The notes: a model not told the origin generated them from the sequence alone. A stretch of DNA of 64,000 nt from Abditibacterium sp. (GCA_965199495.1 CBDASK010000003.1:1632001-1696000), one strand, 5' to 3'. Shown: positions 48,865 through 59,997, numbered from the stretch's first letter. A program made the numbers and translations.

Positions 48865-49440
48865 ATGCAAGGTCGTCCCGAAGAGCCACCCAAAGCTCCG
48901 AAAAGGTTCAATCCTTTTATGGCGCGCACGCGCGCGATGAGTTCGAGCGGCGCTTCGGGCTGGGAATCGTATACCATCGGTTTCACGCTCGTCGGCTGCA
49001 TCGTGGCGGGCGCGGGTTTGGGTTACTTGCTCGATAATCATTTCGGCACGAGTTACTGGTTGCCGATTTTGTTTTTGGTGGGCGTCGTGGCTGGCTTTCG
49101 CGAGATGATGCTGGTTCTCAAACGCGTCAACGAGCAGCAAACCGAAGAGCGTGCGCGCCGGGAAACCGAGCGCCGCGAGCGCGAAGTGACGGTGAAACCG
49201 ACGGACGATCCGACGCCTTCTCAAATGGAAGCGCGCAAACGAATGTTCGAGGTGCCGCCGCCGCCGTTTGAGCAAGCCGCGCAAACGGTGCATCAGCAAA
49301 GCGCGCCCGATGAGCGGGTGGAAGTCGAGAACGTGTTGGAACAGATGCTCGCGCAGGGCGACTTGAGCGAGGAAGATTTGCAAGAATTGGGCTTCGAGAT
49401 CGAAGGAACAAGGGACAAGGAGCAGGGGACAAGGGAGTAG
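48865..49440 (+). CDS. AtpZ/AtpI (ATPase gene1) family protein with an extended C-terminus
   Basis: GAGLGYLLDNHFGT motif; first gene of the atp cluster. Confidence 0.8.
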   Translation: MQGRPEEPPKAPKRFNPFMARTRAMSSSGASGWESYTIGFTLVGCIVAGAGLGYLLDNHFGTSYWLPILFLVGVVAGFREMMLVLKRVNEQQTEERARRETERREREVTVKPTDDPTPSQMEARKRMFEVPPPPFEQAAQTVHQQSAPDERVEVENVLEQMLAQGDLSEEDLQELGFEIEGTRDKEQGTRE

Positions 49441-49502
49441 GTTATTCTAACGAACGGTTGGATTTGCGCCCTCTTGTTCCTTGTTCCCTCGTAAGATAAT
49501 TA

Positions 49503-50009
49503 ATGAAGAACCTCACGATTCCGCCCGCGCCGGTTGATGCGGCGCGGCCACAAAACGCGCCGCGCCGAGCAGCCACGCCGTCCGCTTCGACGCCTGCGTC
49601 GCCGCTTGATGCGGCGTTTATCGCGCGCGTCTATCGGACGATGTTGTGGTTTGGCATCGTTTGCACGTTAATGGCGGCATTCGCGTTCAAAACGGGGCCA
49701 GCCGTTGCCAGTTTCGTGGGCGGATTGGTTTTGGCGGCGGTGTTGTTGCGCGGCCAGGAAGTCGCGGTGCGTTCGATGTTGCAGCCCAAAGAAAAGATGA
49801 TGGGCATGGATGCGCGACTGGCGATGGTGCTGTTATTACCGCTTAAGTTCGTCGCAGTGGTGGCGGTTCTGGTAGCCTTTAACGCGTTGGGTTGGCTGCG
49901 GCCCGCGCCACTCGCGCTCGGATTTTTCGCCGCGAACTTGGTTTTAATCGCCAAATTCGCTGGTTGGATGCTGACGCGATTTAACGCGAACAAAACACAA
50001 TCCAAATGA
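49503..50009 (+). CDS. atpI: ATP synthase subunit I-like membrane protein
   Basis: Four TM segments; directly upstream of and overlapping atpB. Confidence 0.7.
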   Translation: MKNLTIPPAPVDAARPQNAPRRAATPSASTPASPLDAAFIARVYRTMLWFGIVCTLMAAFAFKTGPAVASFVGGLVLAAVLLRGQEVAVRSMLQPKEKMMGMDARLAMVLLLPLKFVAVVAVLVAFNALGWLRPAPLALGFFAANLVLIAKFAGWMLTRFNANKTQSK

Positions 50010-51055
50010 CAACGATGCGATTTTCTTTTGCCAAAATCTGGTTGCCGCTGACTTTGCTGGTGCTGCTCGTCATGGGCGGCGCGGGACGTGGCTACGCGCA
50101 GGACGATCATTCGGTCGCGCCCAGCGTTTCGCACGTTGAGGACGCCGCCGAATCTGCCGCCGGGCACGACGAAGCCGCGCAAGGCGCACAAGGCGAAGAG
50201 CCACGTCCGGTTTTCGAGCCGGAACACGGCACTTGGTTTAACGGTTTGACGCGCACCCTCTTCGGCGTGGCTCCTGCTGCGCCCGGACATCATCCAATCG
50301 TCAAATACGACTTTTTAGTTGTCACCGCATTATTGTGGATTGCGTTAGCGATTGCTTTAACCAGCGTCGCGCGCAAAGCCAAAGTGCGGCCCACAGGCAA
50401 AGCGGCGTCGTTTGGCAATACGGTTGAGGCCGCCGTTGAAGCGTTTCAGGATTACCTGATTGGCGTGATGGGAGAGCCGCTCGGACGCAAATACACCGCG
50501 TTCATTGCGACCTTCTTTTTCACCATTTTGGTTTCTAACTGGCTCGGTTTAATCCCCGGCATGTTGGCGCCGTCCTCGATTCCCGCGATTCCAATCGCGC
50601 TGGCGATTGTCGGCTTCGTGATGGTTCACGTTTTCGCGATTAAAGAAGCCGGATTGAAATCGTGGTTCATGCACTTCGTCGGCGAACCGATTTGGCTGGC
50701 GCCGCTCAACTTCCCGCTTCACATCGTCGGCGAGCTTATTAAGCCGTTGTCGCTGTCGTTGCGTTTGTTGTGTAACGTCTTTGGCGAAGAGCAGGTCGTG
50801 GCGACGTTGACGTTAATGGCGGTCACGCTGTTGCCGATTTGGTTGCCGATTCCCCTTCAGTTCCCAATGCTGATTTTGGGCACGTTCTTCGGATTTTTGC
50901 AGGCGTTGGTTTTCTCGACGTTGCTGGCGATTTACATTTCGATTTTCGCCACGCATCACGAAGATGGTCACGGCCATCCCGAAACCGAACACGCCGTTGA
51001 CAACAACGGCCATCACAAAACTGTCGGGCATCCGGCGGAAATGATGGTTGGTTAA
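50006..51055 (+). CDS. atpB: FoF1 ATP synthase subunit a
   Basis: NWLGLIPG, KPLSLSLRL and LQALVFSTL motifs. Confidence 0.95.
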   Translation: MTTMRFSFAKIWLPLTLLVLLVMGGAGRGYAQDDHSVAPSVSHVEDAAESAAGHDEAAQGAQGEEPRPVFEPEHGTWFNGLTRTLFGVAPAAPGHHPIVKYDFLVVTALLWIALAIALTSVARKAKVRPTGKAASFGNTVEAAVEAFQDYLIGVMGEPLGRKYTAFIATFFFTILVSNWLGLIPGMLAPSSIPAIPIALAIVGFVMVHVFAIKEAGLKSWFMHFVGEPIWLAPLNFPLHIVGELIKPLSLSLRLLCNVFGEEQVVATLTLMAVTLLPIWLPIPLQFPMLILGTFFGFLQALVFSTLLAIYISIFATHHEDGHGHPETEHAVDNNGHHKTVGHPAEMMVG

Positions 51056-51149
51056 GCCAGTTCAGGCTGTGCAAGCAGCCCTTAAATTTTTAACTTCCTT
51101 CGGCCCTGTGCCGGAGTAAGCATTTCTCCATCAGGAGCACACACACACC

Positions 51150-51419
51150 ATGAGTTACTTTGGAATGTTAGCATTAGCCACCGGCCTGGGCCTTCCCATT
51201 GCCGTCGTTGGCGCCGGACTGGGACAGGGTATCGCCGTTTACGGCGCGGTTCAGGGCATGGCCCGCCAACCCGAAGCTGCGGGCACGATTCAGACCGCCA
51301 TGATCATCGGTCTGGCTCTGATCGAGTCGCTGGTTATCTACGCGCTGTTGATGTTCTTCATCTTGCAGACGAAATTGCCCGCCACCGCCGACGTTTTGGC
51401 TAAAATCGCCACTGGCTAA
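51150..51419 (+). CDS. atpE: FoF1 ATP synthase subunit c
   Basis: GAGLGQG, ARQPE and ALIESLVIY motifs. Confidence 0.97.
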   Translation: MSYFGMLALATGLGLPIAVVGAGLGQGIAVYGAVQGMARQPEAAGTIQTAMIIGLALIESLVIYALLMFFILQTKLPATADVLAKIATG

Positions 51420-51502
51420 TCACCGCAATTTTTAAGGGCGACGGGAAAACTAAATTTCCTGTCGCCCCAATTTGAACTTTTCTCTCCCTATCGAGAGCAA
51501 TT

Positions 51503-52084
51503 ATGGGATCACTTTTAGAAACGCTGGGCATCGATCCACGCTTTATTCTCGTCGCCATCGTCGGCTTTATCGCCCTGCTATGGGTCTTGCAGAAGTTCGC
51601 GTTCGGCCCGCTCGTCACCGTTTTGCAGGCGCGCAAAGATAAAATCGTCGGCGACTTGGACGAAGCGCAGCAACGCCGCGACGAAATGGTGGCTTTACAG
51701 CGCGATTACGAAAATCGTCTGGCTTCCATCGAAGACGAAGCGCGCGATAAAATCCAAGCCGCCGTCAAAGAGGCGCAGGCCGCGCGCGACGAAATCATCG
51801 CGCGCGCGCAATCCGACGCGCAGGCGATCATCGTGCGCGGACAGGCCGAAATTGACGCCGAACGCGCCAAATCGCTGACCGAAGCGCGCAACCAAATCGT
51901 AGATTTGGCCACGCTAATGGCGCGCCGCAGTGCGATGGAAAACCTGAGCGCGGCGGGACAATCGAACTTAATTGACGACGCGATTGCGAAATTCGGCAGT
52001 GTCACTTCGACATCGCAAGTTGATATGCAGAAGCAGTCGCAAAACGGGGCGCCGGGTATTAACATCGTGCCCACCAATCAATAA
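51503..52084 (+). CDS. atpF: FoF1 ATP synthase subunit b
   Basis: N-terminal TM, FAFGPL..VL..RK, long charged helix. Confidence 0.93.
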   Translation: MGSLLETLGIDPRFILVAIVGFIALLWVLQKFAFGPLVTVLQARKDKIVGDLDEAQQRRDEMVALQRDYENRLASIEDEARDKIQAAVKEAQAARDEIIARAQSDAQAIIVRGQAEIDAERAKSLTEARNQIVDLATLMARRSAMENLSAAGQSNLIDDAIAKFGSVTSTSQVDMQKQSQNGAPGINIVPTNQ

Positions 52085-52635
52085 TGAACAAAGACGCCAG
52101 CGTGGCGCGCCGCTATGCCGACGCGCTTTTTCAAGTCGCCCGCAAACGCAGCGAGGTTGACGAAGTCGCCACCAATCTGCATGAAGTCGTGCAAGCCGTC
52201 GAAGGCTCGCGCGAATTGATGAGCGCGCTTCATCATCCGCTTTTGACGCAGGAGAAAAAGCAATCTATCGTGCGCGGCGTGTTCGGCGCGAATGTTCACG
52301 CTGATGTGGTGCGCTTTTTGTTTCTGGTCATCGAGAAAGATCGCGCGATTCTGTTACCGCAAATCGTCGAAGAATTCGACCGTTTCGTGGACGCTTATCG
52401 CGGCGAGGCCGACGCCGTGGCTACGTCCGCCGTGCCGCTTTCTGCCGCGCAGATCGCGCAGTTGGAAACGGCGTTGAACGCGAAGTTTGGCGTCAAAGTG
52501 CGACTCAAAACGCGCGTGGACGAAAGCATTTTGGGCGGATTGGTCGTGCGCGTCGGCGACAAGTTGATTGACAGCAGCGTGGCGACGCGACTGCAACAGA
52601 TGAACGAACAACTCAAGCGCGTGAAGGTGACTTGA
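52084..52635 (+). CDS. atpH: F1 ATP synthase subunit delta
   Basis: VARRYADALF and VDESILGGLVVRVGDKLIDSS motifs. Confidence 0.96.
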   Translation: MNKDASVARRYADALFQVARKRSEVDEVATNLHEVVQAVEGSRELMSALHHPLLTQEKKQSIVRGVFGANVHADVVRFLFLVIEKDRAILLPQIVEEFDRFVDAYRGEADAVATSAVPLSAAQIAQLETALNAKFGVKVRLKTRVDESILGGLVVRVGDKLIDSSVATRLQQMNEQLKRVKVT

Positions 52636-52679
52636 GTTTTTGGGTTGAATGAAAAATTGTTAGGTTGAAGAAGTTGCCA

Positions 52680-52874
52680 ACGTTGGCCCCCTCCCCAACC
52701 CTCCCCCGTGCCGGGAGAGGGAGCCACGCCGAAGCCGCCGAAAAGTATCGAGCTATCTTGAAACATCTTGGGCGACGCCGTTCTTTAACCGCAAAGTAAG
52801 TTGCGCGACATAACGGCGCCCGAAAAGTAGCTCCCTCTCCCGGCACGGGGGAGGGTTGGGGAGGGGGCCAACGT
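52680..52874. repeat. Palindromic element, family D
   Basis: 45-bp perfect arms ACGTTGGCCCCCTCCCCAACCCTCCCCCGTGCCGGGAGAGGGAGC, between atpH and atpA. Confidence 0.92.
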
Positions 52875-52949
52875 AGAGGCGCTCTTCAAAAGCAAAAATT
52901 GCGTCGAAGCAAAAAGTAGAAAATCGCGGCCCACAGCCGCACAAACATC

Positions 52950-54509
52950 ATGGCAATTAGACCGGAAGAAATCACCTCTGTTCTCCAGCGCGAGCTGGAA
53001 GGCGGCATGGAAACCGACCTCAAAATGGTTGATGTCGGCACCGTCCTCGAAGTCGGCGACGGCATCGCGCGCGTTTACGGATTGCAGGGCGCCAAATCGG
53101 GCGAGTTGCTCGAATTTCCGCCCTCGCCCGAAACTGGACTCCCGACGATGGGACTCGCGCTCAACCTCGAAGAAGACAACGTCGGCGTCGTTATCGCGGG
53201 CGATTACAACCACATCGAAGAGGGCACGCAGGTCAAAACGACCGGTCGCATCGCCGATGTTCCCGTCGGCGAAGCCCTGCTGGGCCGCGTCGTCAACGCG
53301 TTGGGCGAGCCGATTGACGGCAAAGGCCCGATTGTCACCGACCAACGCGCTCTAATCGAAGTCAAGGCGCCCGGCGTGATGCAGCGCGAGGGCGTCAAAG
53401 AGCCGATGCAGACCGGCATCAAAGCGATTGACGCGATGATTCCCGTCGGACGCGGTCAGCGCGAACTGATTATCGGCGACCGTCAGACCGGTAAAACCAC
53501 AGTCGCCATTGACGCGATTATCAATCAGCGCGATACCGGCGTCAAATGTATTTACGTCGCTATCGGCCAGAAGCAGGGCACTATCGCCGCTTTGGTGGCG
53601 CAGTTGGAAAAAGCGGGCGCTTTGGATTACACCATCGTCGTCGTCGCTTCGGCCAACGATTCGGCGCCGCTGCAATACATCGCGCCGTTCGCCGGAACCG
53701 CGATGGGCGAATACTTCCGCGATAAAGGCGAACACGCGCTCATCGTTTATGATGATTTGAGCAAGCACGCCGTGGCTTATCGCTCGATGTCGCTTTTGCT
53801 GCGCCGTCCGCCGGGCCGCGAGGCGTATCCGGGTGACGTGTTCAATTTGCACTCGCGTTTGCTGGAACGTAGCGCCAAAATGAGCAGCGAATTGGGCGGC
53901 GGTTCTCTGACGGCGTTGCCGATTATCGAAACGCAGGCCAACGACATTTCGGCTTATATTCCGACCAACGTTATTTCGATTACCGACGGCCAAATCTTCT
54001 TGGAAACCGACTTGTTCAACGCGGGCGTGCGTCCAGCCATCAACGCCGGTTTGAGCGTTTCGCGCGTGGGAAGCGCGGCCCAGACTAAAGCGATCAAAAG
54101 CGTGGCGGGTAAGTTGAAACTGGAATTGGCGCAATATCGCAACCTCGCGGCATTCGCACAGTTCGCCTCGGATTTGGACAAGTCCACGCAGATGCAATTG
54201 CAGCGCGGCGAGCGTTTGACCGAACTAATGAAGCAGGTCAACTACAAGCCGTTTTCGGTCACTGACCAAGTCATGTCGATTTACGCGGCGATTAACGGTT
54301 ACATGGACGAGATTCCCGTCGCCGATGTCAACCGCTACGAGACCGAACTTTTGGCGTTCATGCCGGAGCGTTATCCCGATGTCGTCGAAGCGATTCGCAA
54401 CGAAAAGGCGATCTCGAAAGAGATGGAGCCACGTCTCAAAGGCGCGGTCGAAGATTTCACCGCGCAGTTCAAACCGGCGCATCACGACGGCATGGTTCCG
54501 GGCGAATAA
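52950..54509 (+). CDS. atpA: F1 ATP synthase subunit alpha
   Basis: GDRQTGKT and [12 protein letters not shown] motifs. Confidence 0.98.
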   Translation: MAIRPEEITSVLQRELEGGMETDLKMVDVGTVLEVGDGIARVYGLQGAKSGELLEFPPSPETGLPTMGLALNLEEDNVGVVIAGDYNHIEEGTQVKTTGRIADVPVGEALLGRVVNALGEPIDGKGPIVTDQRALIEVKAPGVMQREGVKEPMQTGIKAIDAMIPVGRGQRELIIGDRQTGKTTVAIDAIINQRDTGVKCIYVAIGQKQGTIAALVAQLEKAGALDYTIVVVASANDSAPLQYIAPFAGTAMGEYFRDKGEHALIVYDDLSKHAVAYRSMSLLLRRPPGREAYPGDVFNLHSRLLERSAKMSSELGGGSLTALPIIETQANDISAYIPTNVISITDGQIFLETDLFNAGVRPAINAGLSVSRVGSAAQTKAIKSVAGKLKLELAQYRNLAAFAQFASDLDKSTQMQLQRGERLTELMKQVNYKPFSVTDQVMSIYAAINGYMDEIPVADVNRYETELLAFMPERYPDVVEAIRNEKAISKEMEPRLKGAVEDFTAQFKPAHHDGMVPGE

Positions 54510-54514
54510 ACGTA

Positions 54515-54790
54515 ATGCCAAAAGCTCCCGATGTCCCAGAAGGTCTTCATATTGCCGAATTCGGCTTCAAAGTGATGCGATGGGGCACGGGAGATGCGTC
54601 AGCACGGGAGCGCATGAGCGTTCTGACTCGTAGTGAATTAGTCGAAGCGGGTGTGACGATTGAAATAGCCCGTTCGTGGCGCGACTTCTATTTGAGCGAA
54701 GTTGCTCGCGTTTCGAGAAACCCCAGCGCACGCGGGCGCGCTGATTTAATGCAGCGCGCCCTCGAACTTTTGGAGGAAAACAATGACTAA
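54515..54790 (+). CDS. Small helical protein resembling DUF4951 / polymorphic-toxin C-terminal domains
   Basis: FG..VMRWGTG...W.DFY....R...NPSA.GRA.LM pattern recalled from DUF4951-like proteins; atypical codon usage. Confidence 0.5.
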   Translation: MPKAPDVPEGLHIAEFGFKVMRWGTGDASARERMSVLTRSELVEAGVTIEIARSWRDFYLSEVARVSRNPSARGRADLMQRALELLEENND

Positions 54791-55082
54791 TTTTTCAAAG
54801 ATGCGAGTCACCAACGCGCAAGATCACGAGGTTTCGCTCGTCGTGGAACCTTGGGGCGAAATTTACCCAATGGCATCAGGCGAAACGTTCGAGGTTCGCT
54901 TTGAAATCGCCGGTGAGCAATCCAGAGAGTTGCCCGAAATCGTCTGGGAAAGCGAACAAATTCTGATTTATGCTGGCGTTGGCGGCGACATCGCACTTTT
55001 CCGAAATGGCATCAACCTGCGTGAACCGTCGTTTAACGGCGTTATGCAACCAACGACACAACAATTGACTTCGGTTGCATAG
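54783..55082 (+). CDS. Small hypothetical protein, possible immunity partner
   Basis: Overlaps the upstream ORF; GGAGG RBS; VEPWGE motif. Confidence 0.6.
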   Translation: MTNFSKMRVTNAQDHEVSLVVEPWGEIYPMASGETFEVRFEIAGEQSRELPEIVWESEQILIYAGVGGDIALFRNGINLREPSFNGVMQPTTQQLTSVA

Positions 55083-55127
55083 TGTCGTTTGCGACTTCTA
55101 TCTCCTGACTTCCAACTTCTAAAGAAA

Positions 55128-56009
55128 ATGGCTTCACTTCGCGACATCAAACGCAAAATCCGCGTTGTTAAAAATATCGCCCAGATCACGCAGGCGATGA
55201 AAATGGTGGCGGCGGCCAAACTGCGCCGCGTCCAAGACCGCGTGCAAAAGGGCAAACCCTACGCGCAGACGATGGCCGAACTCGTCGGCACTCTCGCGCC
55301 CAGCGTCAAAGATTTTTCGCATCCTTTGCTGGAAGTGCGCGATGTGCAGCGCGTCACCGTCGTAGTTATCGCGGGCGACAAAGGATTGTGCGGCGCTTAT
55401 AACTCGAATATCTTGCGCTTGGGCCAGCGTTTCGTGGACGAAAAGTTCGCGCAATATGGCCGCGAGAATGTGCGTCTGCTCACGGTTGGCAAAAAAGCGG
55501 GCGAATATTTTCGCAAGCGCGGTTACGAGCCAGCGCGTCACTTCGCGGGCATTGGGCCGGACACGGCTTACGAAGAGATTCGCGCGATTTCCAATGAACT
55601 GACGGGCACGTTTAGCAGTGGCGCGACCGACGAAGTTTTCATCTGTTACACCGAATTCGTGACGGCTTTGACGCAGCGCCCCGAAACCATCAAGTTTCTG
55701 CCCATCGAGCCGCCCTCGGCGGGCGTTGAAGAAACGGAATCGGCGGGCACGACCGATTTCATTTTCGAGCCGAAGATTGACGAATTGTTGTCCAAGCTGT
55801 TGCCGCGCTATGTCGAAACGCGGATTTACCAGTTGCTCATGGAAGCCACGGCGTCCGAGTTCGGCGCGCGCATGACGGCGATGAGCAACGCAACCAAGAA
55901 CGCCAACGAACAGATCGACAGCCTGACGCTAATTTATAATCGCACGCGTCAGGCGAATATCACCAAGGAACTGCTTGATATTATCGGCGGCGCGGAAGCG
56001 TTGAATTAG
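55128..56009 (+). CDS. atpG: F1 ATP synthase subunit gamma
   Basis: MASLRDIKRKI, DKGLCGAYN and RQANITKEL motifs. Confidence 0.97.
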   Translation: MASLRDIKRKIRVVKNIAQITQAMKMVAAAKLRRVQDRVQKGKPYAQTMAELVGTLAPSVKDFSHPLLEVRDVQRVTVVVIAGDKGLCGAYNSNILRLGQRFVDEKFAQYGRENVRLLTVGKKAGEYFRKRGYEPARHFAGIGPDTAYEEIRAISNELTGTFSSGATDEVFICYTEFVTALTQRPETIKFLPIEPPSAGVEETESAGTTDFIFEPKIDELLSKLLPRYVETRIYQLLMEATASEFGARMTAMSNATKNANEQIDSLTLIYNRTRQANITKELLDIIGGAEALN

Positions 56010-56021
56010 CGATTCAGAAAA

Positions 56022-56060
56022 CGAAAAGGGCATCAGAAAAATTATCTGATGCCCTTTTCG
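56022..56060 (+). terminator. Terminator closing the atp operon
   Basis: CGAAAAGGGCATCAGA-loop-TCTGATGCCCTTTTCG. Confidence 0.85.
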
Positions 56061-56298
56061 CGTTGGAGACTGGTAAGACTTGGGCAACGCCGTTTGCTTA
56101 CACGCCCAAGAAATGTGCAAAAATTGCTCTCTAATGTGATTTAGGCAAAAATATGAAGGCAACTCAATTATTCATTAAAAAAATGGTGTTTTTTGGAGAT
56201 TTCTAAAAATTGGCAAAGTCCCTGTTCGCTTAAATGAATTCAATTAATTAATGGTAGGCTAACGATAAAACTTCTAAACTGGCACAAAGCGCCGCTAT

Positions 56299-59200
56299 GT
56301 GCCGTATCGGGAGGTAAGCCAAATTAATCTATCCGAAAAACCGTTACAACAAAATTTGGCGCGTCGCACGCGTCAAATCGGCGCGTTGCGTCGTGTTAGC
56401 GAGGCGTTGTTTTCGGGTTACGGCGCCAATTCAATCGCGCAGACACTGGAAGTCGCCGTCGAAATTGTGGACGCGAACGCGGGCGCGATCTTGTTTTATG
56501 AAGCGCCCACCGATGCGCTGATTTTCCGTTGCGCTGTCGGGCCGCGCGCCGACGCGCTCACCGGCACCACGATAGCCGCCGCGCAGGGCGTCGCCGGACA
56601 GGTTTTGCGCACCGCGTTGCCCGAACTGACTCGCCGCGCAGGAGAAGATGAAAACGCGTTGGTTGATCGCTTTCTGGGCGAAGAGCAAAACGCCGAAGAT
56701 GATATAACTCTGTTGACGTTGCCGCTCAAACGCGCATCGGGCGAGGCGCTGGGATTGATGCAATTGCTGTGGGTTGGGCAAAGCGAAATTCCCGGCCAAT
56801 GCGATGTCGAAGTTCTCCAAATTTTGTGCGCGGCGCTTTCGTCGGCGCTGGAAACCGAGCGTTTGAAGCAAGAGGCGCAACGCGCGGAAATCGTCTCGAT
56901 TATCGGCGATATTTCGCATGACATTAAAAATATGCTGACCCCGATTCAGTCGGGCGTGTGGACGTTGGAGCCACTGTTAGACCAGCTTTTTGAGGGATTG
57001 AGCGAAGTTCAGTTGGGTTTGAATGGGCGTGCGGCACAAAATCAGATCACCGAAGTCGCGGAGGCGGTGCGGGGCAATTACAGTTGGATTTTGCAGAACG
57101 TTGACGCTTCGTGCGAGCAACTCATGGCGCGCACGCGCGAAATCGCCGACGCGGTCAAGGGCGAATTGGCAGCGCCCGTGTTCGAAGTCACCGATCTCAA
57201 CGAGGTCGTTTCCCATGTCGCGCGCCCTTTATTTTTGTTGGCCGAGAAAACTAACGTCCAGTTGCATTTGGAGTTAGACCGCGATTTGCCGCACGCCGAA
57301 TTCGACCGCAAACAGCTTTATAACGCGATTTATAATCTGGTCAACAACGCGATTCCCGAAACGCCAGAGGGCGGTAGCGTGACGATTCGCACGCTCGCGC
57401 CCGCACCCGGCGAAGAGACTTTGATGCTCGAAGTCGAGGACACCGGCGGCGGAATGCCCGAAAATGTGCGCGCGCGTTTGTTCACCGACCAAGCGATTTC
57501 GACCAAAGAGGGCGGCACCGGTCTGGGCACGCGCATCGTGGCGGGCGTGGTCAAACGGCATCAGGGACAAATTACGGTTCACAGCGAAAGCGGGCGCGGC
57601 ACGCGCTTTTCGATTCGGTTGCCGTTGCGCCAAATGCCGGTGTTCGATGCAGCCACGGCGGCGTTGCCGGTGCGACTGCACAATTTGCCCGCGCCTTCCA
57701 CGTCGTTCGTCGGGCGCGGGTTGGAGCGCGCGCGGGCGCGCGAACTGTTGCAAAATGGGCGTTTGGTTTCGCTGATCGGCATCGGCGGGACGGGCAAAAC
57801 GCGGTTGGCGTTGCAGGTCGCGGCGGAAGTTTTGCCGCAATTCGAGGGCGGCGTGTGGTTGGTTTCGCTCGCCGCCCTCAACGAGGCACCGCGCGTGGCT
57901 GCTGCCATCGCCGCCGCTCTGGGCGTGAGCGACGCGGCGGGGCGCAACTTGGAAGCGATTTTGTGCGACTTTTTGCGCCCCAAACAATTGCTGTTGGTGC
58001 TGGACAATTTCGAGCAAGTTCTGGAAGCCTCGCCCTTAGTCGCACGCTTACTCGAAGAGTGCGAGAATTTGAAAATTCTCGTCACCAGCCGCGCGCCCCT
58101 CGGCGTGCGCGGCGAACACGAATTGCCCGTCGAGCCTTTGGGGTTGCCCGCGCTGGAACATCTGGCCGCCACGCCCCTGCCCGCGCAACTTCACGCCCTC
58201 GCCGACTGCGAGGCGGTCGCGCTGTTTTGCCAGCGCGCCAGTCAGGTGCGGCCCGACTTCGAGTTGTGCGCCGAAAACGCGCGCGATGTGGCGCGGCTTT
58301 GCACGCGGCTCGACGGTTTGCCTTTGGCGATTGAACTGGCGGCGGCGCGCGTCAAAATGTTGGCGCCGCACGCGATTTTGTCTCATCTGGAAAAGCACCT
58401 GGCGCTACCGGGCAAAGGCCCGCAGGACGCGCCGCGCCGTCACCAGAGTTTGCAGGCCGCGCTCGATTGGAGCACCGATTTGTTGGCGCCCGCCGAGCAA
58501 ATTTTGCTGCGGCGCGCGATGATTTTTGAAGGCGGCTTTGGCGCGGAAGCCGCCCGCGTCGTGGCCGCAACCGACGAGTTAGGGTTGGATGTCTGGCACG
58601 GTTTGGAATTGCTGTGCGAGAAAAGTCTGCTGCGCGCGGCGCCCCAAAGCGACGGCTCGATGTGGTTTTTCGCGCTGCAAACCGTGCGCGATTACGGGCA
58701 GGAAAAGCTGGCCGAAGCGGGCGAACTCGAAACGATGGGAGCGCGACACGCCGCGCATTATTCGGCAGTCGCGCAGGCCGCGCAAAGGCTTTTGACCACA
58801 GAAACCGACGCGCCCACGCCCTTTGATTTGCCGCTCGCGAGCGCGTCGAAGGCGCAGTGGCACGTCTGGCGCGAACGCGAATACGAGAATTTGCGCGCTG
58901 CTCTCGATTGGTTTTTGGAACATGAAAATCAGGGACAGCACGAAGCGTTGCGCATGGCGGTGGCTCTGCGCGACGTGTGGCTTGGCCGATTGTGGACGGA
59001 GCGGCGCGAGGCGTTGCAACGCGCGCTCGCCCAAAGCGCGGACGCGCCCGACGAACTGCGGCTCCAGGCGATGTTATTCGCCGGGGATTTAGCCGTTTTG
59101 CAAAGCGATTTGCCGCGCGCGCAAGAGTTCGGGCAACAGGGTTTGGCTTTGAGCGAAAAATTGGAATCGGGCTGGGCACAGGCGCGCGCGCTGGGAATTT

Positions 59201-59997
59201 TGGCGAATGTGGCGCTGGAAAACGACGATTTCGCGCGGGCGCGCGCGCTGCACGAACAGAGTCTGAATCTGCACCGCGAAGAGGAAAATAACGGCGCGAT
59301 TCCCTGGAGTTTGTTTTTTCTGGGCGAAGTCGCCAGACGCGAAGGCGACCCCGAACGCGCGCGCGATTGTTACGAGCAAAGCCTGACTCACTTCCGCGCA
59401 ATCGAGGACAGAGAAGGCATTGCGACCGCGCTTTATCAATTGAGCCGCGCGATTTATGACGCCCAACAGCCCGCGCCCGCACGCGAAATGTTGGAAGAAA
59501 GTCTGGCGATTTTCAGCGAATTGGCGCATCACAGCGGCATCGCGTGGACGCGCGGTTTTCTGGGACAGATGGCGGCGGACGCGGGCGATTTCGAGCTGGC
59601 GCGCGAGCAAATCGAGCGAAGTCTGGAAATGTGGCGCGCGCTGGGCAGTCGCGCGGAGGTTCACGCGGCCTTGCGCGCGCTGGGCGAAATCGCGCTTCGG
59701 ACGAGCGATTGGAGCGCGATGCGCGAATTATTAGGCGAACTGTTGGACGATTTGTCGGCGCCCGAACACGGCGCGATGGCGCGCGAAATTTTGGACGAAT
59801 TCGCACGTTTGGCGATGGAGCAGGGCGAGGCCGAACACGCCGCCTGTTTATTGGGCGCCGCGTGGGGCGCCCAGCCCGCCGACTCCGCGCTCGCCCGACA
59901 AGTTCGCGGCGCTTTAGATGAAGAAAATTGGCAGCAATTGTTGCAGCGCGGCATCCGAGCCACGCCGACGTTGCGCGGGCGGGAGGAGCGGGAATGA
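56299..59997 (+). CDS. GAF-histidine kinase fused to a STAND (NB-ARC-like) ATPase and TPR repeats
   Basis: SHDIKN H-box, NLVNNAI, DTGGGM and GGTGLG; then NLP...[33 protein letters not shown] and TPRs; start approximate. Confidence 0.88.
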   Translation: MPYREVSQINLSEKPLQQNLARRTRQIGALRRVSEALFSGYGANSIAQTLEVAVEIVDANAGAILFYEAPTDALIFRCAVGPRADALTGTTIAAAQGVAGQVLRTALPELTRRAGEDENALVDRFLGEEQNAEDDITLLTLPLKRASGEALGLMQLLWVGQSEIPGQCDVEVLQILCAALSSALETERLKQEAQRAEIVSIIGDISHDIKNMLTPIQSGVWTLEPLLDQLFEGLSEVQLGLNGRAAQNQITEVAEAVRGNYSWILQNVDASCEQLMARTREIADAVKGELAAPVFEVTDLNEVVSHVARPLFLLAEKTNVQLHLELDRDLPHAEFDRKQLYNAIYNLVNNAIPETPEGGSVTIRTLAPAPGEETLMLEVEDTGGGMPENVRARLFTDQAISTKEGGTGLGTRIVAGVVKRHQGQITVHSESGRGTRFSIRLPLRQMPVFDAATAALPVRLHNLPAPSTSFVGRGLERARARELLQNGRLVSLIGIGGTGKTRLALQVAAEVLPQFEGGVWLVSLAALNEAPRVAAAIAAALGVSDAAGRNLEAILCDFLRPKQLLLVLDNFEQVLEASPLVARLLEECENLKILVTSRAPLGVRGEHELPVEPLGLPALEHLAATPLPAQLHALADCEAVALFCQRASQVRPDFELCAENARDVARLCTRLDGLPLAIELAAARVKMLAPHAILSHLEKHLALPGKGPQDAPRRHQSLQAALDWSTDLLAPAEQILLRRAMIFEGGFGAEAARVVAATDELGLDVWHGLELLCEKSLLRAAPQSDGSMWFFALQTVRDYGQEKLAEAGELETMGARHAAHYSAVAQAAQRLLTTETDAPTPFDLPLASASKAQWHVWREREYENLRAALDWFLEHENQGQHEALRMAVALRDVWLGRLWTERREALQRALAQSADAPDELRLQAMLFAGDLAVLQSDLPRAQEFGQQGLALSEKLESGWAQARALGILANVALENDDFARARALHEQSLNLHREEENNGAIPWSLFFLGEVARREGDPERARDCYEQSLTHFRAIEDREGIATALYQLSRAIYDAQQPAPAREMLEESLAIFSELAHHSGIAWTRGFLGQMAADAGDFELAREQIERSLEMWRALGSRAEVHAALRALGEIALRTSDWSAMRELLGELLDDLSAPEHGAMAREILDEFARLAMEQGEAEHAACLLGAAWGAQPADSALARQVRGALDEENWQQLLQRGIRATPTLRGREERE

